From an uncultured Methanosarcinales archaeon (GTDB lineage: Archaea > Nanobdellota > Nanobdellia > Woesearchaeales > JAGVZT01), in NCBI GenBank assembly GCA_964444505.1, contig CAYUHF010000004.1, forward strand, positions 28,583 to 92,582: DNA of 64,000 nucleotides, in the 5' to 3' direction. The position numbers and the translations under genes are program-made. Positions 59,501-64,000 of the stretch are shown in pieces. The first letter of the stretch is position 1. Each line of letters begins with the position of its first letter. The notes beneath the pieces are model-generated. The model saw only the letters and a list, made by a program, of their open reading frames with translations. It was not told the origin of the DNA and made no database searches.

Positions 59501-60311
59501 GCTGTGCTACGCCGGGAATGCCTGCTTCAACAACATCCGGCTCTAAGACTTCTTTGATGATCATTGTTGGAATTCCAACTTCTATCATTCTTGCCTCGAT
59601 TACACCATCTGGCTGACCTTTCATGTTTGCAAGTATGTCTTTTGCCTTTTCCATGTACTCTTCTTTCTTCTCTTCCATCTCTTCCTGCAGCTTTTTCTTT
59701 TCTTCTTCCAGCTGCTTTCTCTCTTCTGCTGTGATTTCTGTCTTTTCTTCTTTTATCTGCTTGTCAAACTTGCCTTCATTTATTGCCTTTGTTGCCTCTT
59801 TTCCGGCCATGCCCTCTACAAGAACTCCCATTGACCTGCATGTACCTACAACTTCTTTGACCTTTTGCTTGAGGTCTTTTCCAAGAAGGTCATCTTCTTT
59901 CATCTTGGCAACTTTGATGACCTGCTCAATAAGAATATCAGCAACTTTATACTCTAATGGATTTGATGAACCTTTCTGCATCTTAGCTTCTTTCATGATA
60001 AGCTGAGAAACAGGTGGTGTACCAACACTGATTGAAAATTCTTTAGAATCTGTATCTACAGAAACCTTAACAGGAACCTGCATTCCGGAAAAACTTGCAG
60101 TTTTAGTGTTTATCTCGTTTATTACCTGGCCAATATTAACCCCTAATGGACCTAAAGCTGGACCAAGTGGTGGTGCGGCTGTTGCCTTGCCACCTTCTAC
60201 AAGTGCTTCAACTGTTTCTGTAGCCATATAAATAAGGGATTGAGGATAATATTTAAATCTTACTCTTAATTTATTCACTTTAGAAATTTCATGGTGGATT
60301 CCCCTTGTCAC
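59484..60311 (-). CDS. rpl11: Ribosomal protein uL11 with a C-terminal K/E-rich extension of about 85 aa
   Basis: GGKATAAPPLGPALGPLGVNIGQVINEIN is the L11 N-domain. The extension reads KQIKEEKTEITAEERKQLEEEKKKLQEEMEEKKEEY… The likely true start is the internal Met (MATETVEAL). Confidence 0.7.
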   Translation of the reverse strand: MTRGIHHEISKVNKLRVRFKYYPQSLIYMATETVEALVEGGKATAAPPLGPALGPLGVNIGQVINEINTKTASFSGMQVPVKVSVDTDSKEFSISVGTPPVSQLIMKEAKMQKGSSNPLEYKVADILIEQVIKVAKMKEDDLLGKDLKQKVKEVVGTCRSMGVLVEGMAGKEATKAINEGKFDKQIKEEKTEITAEERKQLEEEKKKLQEEMEEKKEEYMEKAKDILANMKGQPDGVIEARMIEVGIPTMIIKEVLEPDVVEAGIPGVAQPKGPE

Positions 60312-60349
60312 AGACGGGTGTTCCCTACCTATGGGATGCTGGAGAAATC

Positions 60350-60811
60350 CTATTCTTCTCTTCTAATGACCTTTACAGCATCAAGACTTAAGGTTATTGG
60401 GATTGGTACAGCTGCCTCGAGAAGCTCAACAACAACTTCTTCCTTGTCCTTGTCAACTCTTGTGATCCTTGCTTTTTCTCTTTTGAAAGGTCCTGATATT
60501 ATCTCTGCAATATCATTCTTTCGTATGTCCATCTCTACTTTCTTGGATGGCTCAAGCATATGCTCAATTTCCCTGTAGTCGACTTCTTTGGGCAGAACTC
60601 CTCTCGCGTAAGGGATCTTGTATGCTGCTTCTTCTGCTGCTCTCCTGTTCTCTGCTTCAAGGAAGATGTATCCTCTAAGGCCGTATGGTCTTATGACTGA
60701 GTAAACCTCAAGTCCTTTTTTGACAGCATTTGAGCTGACAAAATCCATTACCTGATCTTCCCTGTTTGCTGTTGTTCTTAATGCAAAAATATGAACGTCT
60801 TCCATTTTCAT
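60350..60811 (-). CDS. spt5: Transcription elongation factor Spt5 (NusG homolog)
   Basis: NGN domain plus KOW (AEIISGPFKREKARITRVD). Confidence 0.8.
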   Translation of the reverse strand: MKMEDVHIFALRTTANREDQVMDFVSSNAVKKGLEVYSVIRPYGLRGYIFLEAENRRAAEEAAYKIPYARGVLPKEVDYREIEHMLEPSKKVEMDIRKNDIAEIISGPFKREKARITRVDKDKEEVVVELLEAAVPIPITLSLDAVKVIRREE

Positions 60812-60975
60812 CTAAATAACTGCCATAGCATCTGAAGCAGAAAGCCAATAAACCCGATAAGAATCATCCCAAGACCTGAAACCTTGACAATGGTCTTGAA
60901 TTCTTCACTGGTTGGCTTTTTTGTAATCTTCAGAACTCTTATGTATTCTTTGAATGTTTTTTTAAGTTTTTTCAT
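60805..60975 (-). CDS. secE: Protein translocase subunit SecE/Sec61-gamma
   Basis: Hand-translated 57-aa ORF ending in a transmembrane helix (GLGMILIGFIGFLLQMLW). It lies between ftsZ and spt5 as in other archaea. Confidence 0.55.
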
Positions 60976-60976
60976 T

Positions 60977-62071
60977 TTAGTCCACAAATTCTATTCCAAG
61001 TTCGTTTTCAATCTCTTTTTGTCTTCTGTCTCTTAATCCAGATCCTGGCCCCAGAATCTGAGGACTTTGTACTCCTGTAACTATAAGCATTGTCCTGATG
61101 TTATTTGATAAGTCTTCATAAATCTGTGCTCCCCAGATGATGTGTGCTTCATCAGACAACTTGTCTGAAACAGCCTCTACTACCTTTCGTGCCTCATCCA
61201 GTGTCATGTCAGGACCACCGGCAACATTTATCAGAGCTCCATTAGCTCCGGTAATATCTACATCTAAAAGCGGGTTTTGTATTGCTTTTTCAACTGCCTC
61301 GACAGCCCTGTTTTCTGAGTCAGCCTCTCCTATTCCAATAAGAGCAACTCCACCGCCCTTCATAACTGTTCTGATGTCTGCAAAGTCAAGGTTGACTAGT
61401 CCTGCTTTGGTTACCATCTCTGCAATTCCCTTGACTGCATTTGTCAATATCTCATCTGCAACCTTGAATGCTGTGTGAAGCGGCAGGTCAGGTGCCAGCT
61501 CAAGCAGCTTATCGTTGGGTATAACAATTAATGTGTCAACAATGGCCTCAAGTTTCTCAAGGCCCATGACTGCGTTTTCATATCTTCTGTGGCCTTCCAT
61601 TGCAAAGGGTAATGTTACAACGCCAACTGTCAGCGCCCCCTGTCTTTTTGCAAGTTCTGCCACAACTGGAGCAGACCCTGTACCTGTTCCGCCGCCAAGT
61701 CCACAGGTTATAAAGACCATGTCTGCGCCCTTGATTGCCTTTTTTAGCTCCATTTCTGACTCTCGCGCAGCTTCTTCACCAATTTTTGGATTAGAGCCTG
61801 CACCAAGTCCATTTGTGAGTTCACGGCCGATTAATACTTTCTTGTCAGCTGTTGTGTATAATAAATCCTGGGCATCTGTGTTGAGTGCTATTGTCTCGGC
61901 TCCAGCAATGCCAACCTCACTTATTCGCGTGATTGTGTTGCCTCCTCCTCCACCTGCACCGACAACTTTGATTTTAGCCTTGTGAGTAGCAAGCAGTTCT
62001 TCAAGCTCGGCATCTAAAACATTGCCCTGCATGCTTTCCCTTTCCCGTTCCTCATCAAGAATAACGTTCAA
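60977..62071 (-). CDS. ftsZ: Cell-division GTPase FtsZ
   Basis: GGGTGTG tubulin signature, T7 loop, 364 aa. Confidence 0.95.
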   Translation of the reverse strand: MNVILDEERERESMQGNVLDAELEELLATHKAKIKVVGAGGGGGNTITRISEVGIAGAETIALNTDAQDLLYTTADKKVLIGRELTNGLGAGSNPKIGEEAARESEMELKKAIKGADMVFITCGLGGGTGTGSAPVVAELAKRQGALTVGVVTLPFAMEGHRRYENAVMGLEKLEAIVDTLIVIPNDKLLELAPDLPLHTAFKVADEILTNAVKGIAEMVTKAGLVNLDFADIRTVMKGGGVALIGIGEADSENRAVEAVEKAIQNPLLDVDITGANGALINVAGGPDMTLDEARKVVEAVSDKLSDEAHIIWGAQIYEDLSNNIRTMLIVTGVQSPQILGPGSGLRDRRQKEIENELGIEFVD

Positions 62072-62113
62072 AATAACACCTCATACCCTTATAAAGTACT
62101 TTCATATTTAAAT

Positions 62114-62749
62114 CTAACTATTGATTTCTGCTTCCAGACCAATTAATTCTTTTATCTCTTCTTTGAGTTTATTTTCAACTTCTTTGTTGAGCTCCTCAGA
62201 GAGTTTTACAGTTGCTTTTTTGTCCTCTACTGTCACTTCTGGTTCTTCATTGAGCAGAAGTTTTACAAGTGACTCTACTTTTTCTTTGTCATCTTCAATT
62301 TTTTTATTTATTTTTACTTCGTACACAAGATCTTTGCTTGCAAGCGGGTGGTTGAAATCAACTATAACTCTTCCGCCGCTTACTCTTTTTATTGTTCCAA
62401 CTGCACCGTCAATATTAACCTGCAGACCTGGAATAAGCTGGACATTTCTCTCCTTAAATATTCTGGCAGGAAGAAGCTTTAGCAGATTAGCTTTCTTTTT
62501 TCCAAAACCATCCTCAGGAGGAACTTTGACTTCAAACTCTTGTCCTACTTTTTTTCCCACAAGCTTCTTGTCAAGTCCTTCAAGTATTTGTCCTTCACCC
62601 ACACAGATTGTGACAGGACCATACTGCAAATGTTCTTCATGAAGGCCAGCTTGTTTGGCTGTTTTTTCATCTGTTGTGTCAAAAACAATATCCTCATCAG
62701 CCAGTTTTCCAGTATATTCAATTTCAATAAAGTCTTTCTTCTCAATCAT
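62114..62749 (-). CDS. FKBP-type peptidyl-prolyl cis-trans isomerase (long archaeal type)
   Basis: N-terminal FKBP domain (IEYTGKL…DGFGK) with an insert-in-flap-like C-terminal region. Confidence 0.7.
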   Translation of the reverse strand: MIEKKDFIEIEYTGKLADEDIVFDTTDEKTAKQAGLHEEHLQYGPVTICVGEGQILEGLDKKLVGKKVGQEFEVKVPPEDGFGKKKANLLKLLPARIFKERNVQLIPGLQVNIDGAVGTIKRVSGGRVIVDFNHPLASKDLVYEVKINKKIEDDKEKVESLVKLLLNEEPEVTVEDKKATVKLSEELNKEVENKLKEEIKELIGLEAEINS

Positions 62750-62871
62750 GGCTGAATTGAACTGAAGAGAATTAATAAGTTTTTTGGATTTAGCTTCTTT
62801 CAGACTATATTCTGGAATAGATATTGACTTGCAACTACAGATCCAATCACGTATTATCTGACTGCAAAAAA

Positions 62872-63603
62872 TTACACAATATACAAACCTACTGCCATGA
62901 CAAGCATTCCAAGAAATATTCCAAATATCACTGGATGACTTGATTTGCTCTCATAGACATGAGGCAGGAGCTCATCAAAGCTGATAAAAACCATTACTCC
63001 TGCAACTGCAGCGAGTACAATGCTGAGCAAAGTGGTGCTCAAGAATTGATGCAGGAAAAGATAGGCAACTATTGCTCCAACAGGTTCAGCAAGGCCAGAC
63101 AAGGCACTGTACAAAATTGCCTTGGTCTTTTTTTTGGTGGCACAATATATGGGCATTGCAACTGCCACTCCTTCTGGTATATTGTGAAGAGCTGTTGCTA
63201 ATGCAACGGTAAGACCAATTCTTATATCATACATAGATGAGAAAAGCACTGCTATTCCTTCTGGAAAGTTGTGTATTCCTATTCCTAGGGCAACTAGCTT
63301 TCCACATCTATCTAGATCATTGCACTTACAGGAAGATTCACTTTCGTAGGAGTGAGGCAAAAGAACATCCACAATATAGATTATCAACATTCCCACAAAA
63401 AAACTAATTACTGCTTTTAGATAACCAAGTTGTGCAACTGATTCAGGCAGAAGTTCTACAAAAGAAAGATAGATCATAACACCTGCAGAAAAACCCATTG
63501 CTATACTCAAAAATTTCTTTTTTGGCTCAACAAAAAAAACCAGGGCTCCGCCAAGAATTGTTGAGAATCCTGCAAGAATTGTCAGCATTAATCCCTGTAT
63601 CAT
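62872..63603 (-). CDS. zupT: ZIP-family zinc transporter (ZupT-like)
   Basis: HNFPEGIAV and HNIPEGVAVA metal-binding transmembrane motifs. Confidence 0.75.
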   Translation of the reverse strand: MIQGLMLTILAGFSTILGGALVFFVEPKKKFLSIAMGFSAGVMIYLSFVELLPESVAQLGYLKAVISFFVGMLIIYIVDVLLPHSYESESSCKCNDLDRCGKLVALGIGIHNFPEGIAVLFSSMYDIRIGLTVALATALHNIPEGVAVAMPIYCATKKKTKAILYSALSGLAEPVGAIVAYLFLHQFLSTTLLSIVLAAVAGVMVFISFDELLPHVYESKSSHPVIFGIFLGMLVMAVGLYIV

Positions 63604-63681
63604 TGCAAAAAACTAAGGCAAAGGCACTTTTAAATCTAATTGTTAGAAAGATTAAAAAATAAAACACTGTTTTTGTGAATT

Positions 63682-64000
63682 ATGATAATTATAATATCTG
63701 GTCTTCCAGGTGCTGGCAAAAGTTCTGTTGCAAAGAGAATTGCAAAAAAGCTTGGATACAAGCACTATTCTACTGGTGATATCCAAAGAGAGATTGCAAA
63801 TGAGAAGGGACTTACGATTGCCCAGCTGGGAGAGCTTGAGGCAGAAGATAAATCAATTGATCTTATGATTGACAACAAGACAAAACAGATTGTTAATGAG
63901 AAAGACAAAATTGTGATGGATTCATGGCTTGCTCCTAATTTTGTTAATGATGCATTTTGTGTTTTTCTCAAGTGTGATATGGATGAGAGGGCAAGAAGAA
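63682..64000 (+). CDS. cmk: Cytidylate kinase (archaeal type); 3' end is truncated by the window
   Basis: MIIIISGLPGAGKSSVAKRIAKKLGYKHYSTGDIQRE P-loop N-terminus. Confidence 0.6.
   Translation, partial: MIIIISGLPGAGKSSVAKRIAKKLGYKHYSTGDIQREIANEKGLTIAQLGELEAEDKSIDLMIDNKTKQIVNEKDKIVMDSWLAPNFVNDAFCVFLKCDMDERARR

Overview
This is a low-GC archaeal chromosome segment with dense, largely co-directional gene blocks. The archaeal assignment rests on TFB, proteasome alpha, the exosome genes Rrp4/Rrp41/Rrp42 with SBDS and Pop5, Spt5, SecE, a split transketolase, and FtsZ with SepF. It resembles a small-genome DPANN-type archaeon.

Housekeeping content:
- thrS, an SRP54-type ffh and tpiA
- a heat-shock operon: hsp20, grpE, dnaK and dnaJ with embedded hydrolases
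- gdhA, eno, split tkt, a type-3 transaldolase, ROK glucokinase and a bifunctional PGI/PMI
- the ftsZ-secE-spt5-rpl11 cluster

Three loci encode very large, N-glycosylation-sequon-rich cell-surface proteins:
- a 2416-aa protein with RCC1-like repeats, co-transcribed with a tandem-HTH regulator
- a tandem cassette of two paralogous giants (1390 and 1236 aa) that share tail-fibre-like N-modules, LVIVD beta-propeller repeats and a near-identical C-terminal module, with an N-module-only ORF between them
- a partial edge gene whose signal-peptide segment is separated from its body by an in-frame TGA

Findings beyond the standard annotation:
- a family of at least four GC-rich, co-oriented intergenic RNA-like elements that share a conserved terminal helix (5' GGCCAGAUGGAG, 3' GACCGUCUGUGCC); the flanking stems and an internal variable hairpin change in a compensatory way between copies, and the largest copy sits where SRP RNA would be expected
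- a tRNA-Val(UAC) carrying a ~75-nt intron inside the D-loop
- an orphan Csa3-like CARF-wHTH regulator
- a membrane-anchored tandem GILT-like thiol reductase
- a catalytically degenerate UppS paralog
- an L11 with a long charged C-terminal extension at a synteny break

No CRISPR array, transposase, integrase or reverse transcriptase was seen. All calls come from reading the six-frame translations and the raw sequence by eye, with no database searches.
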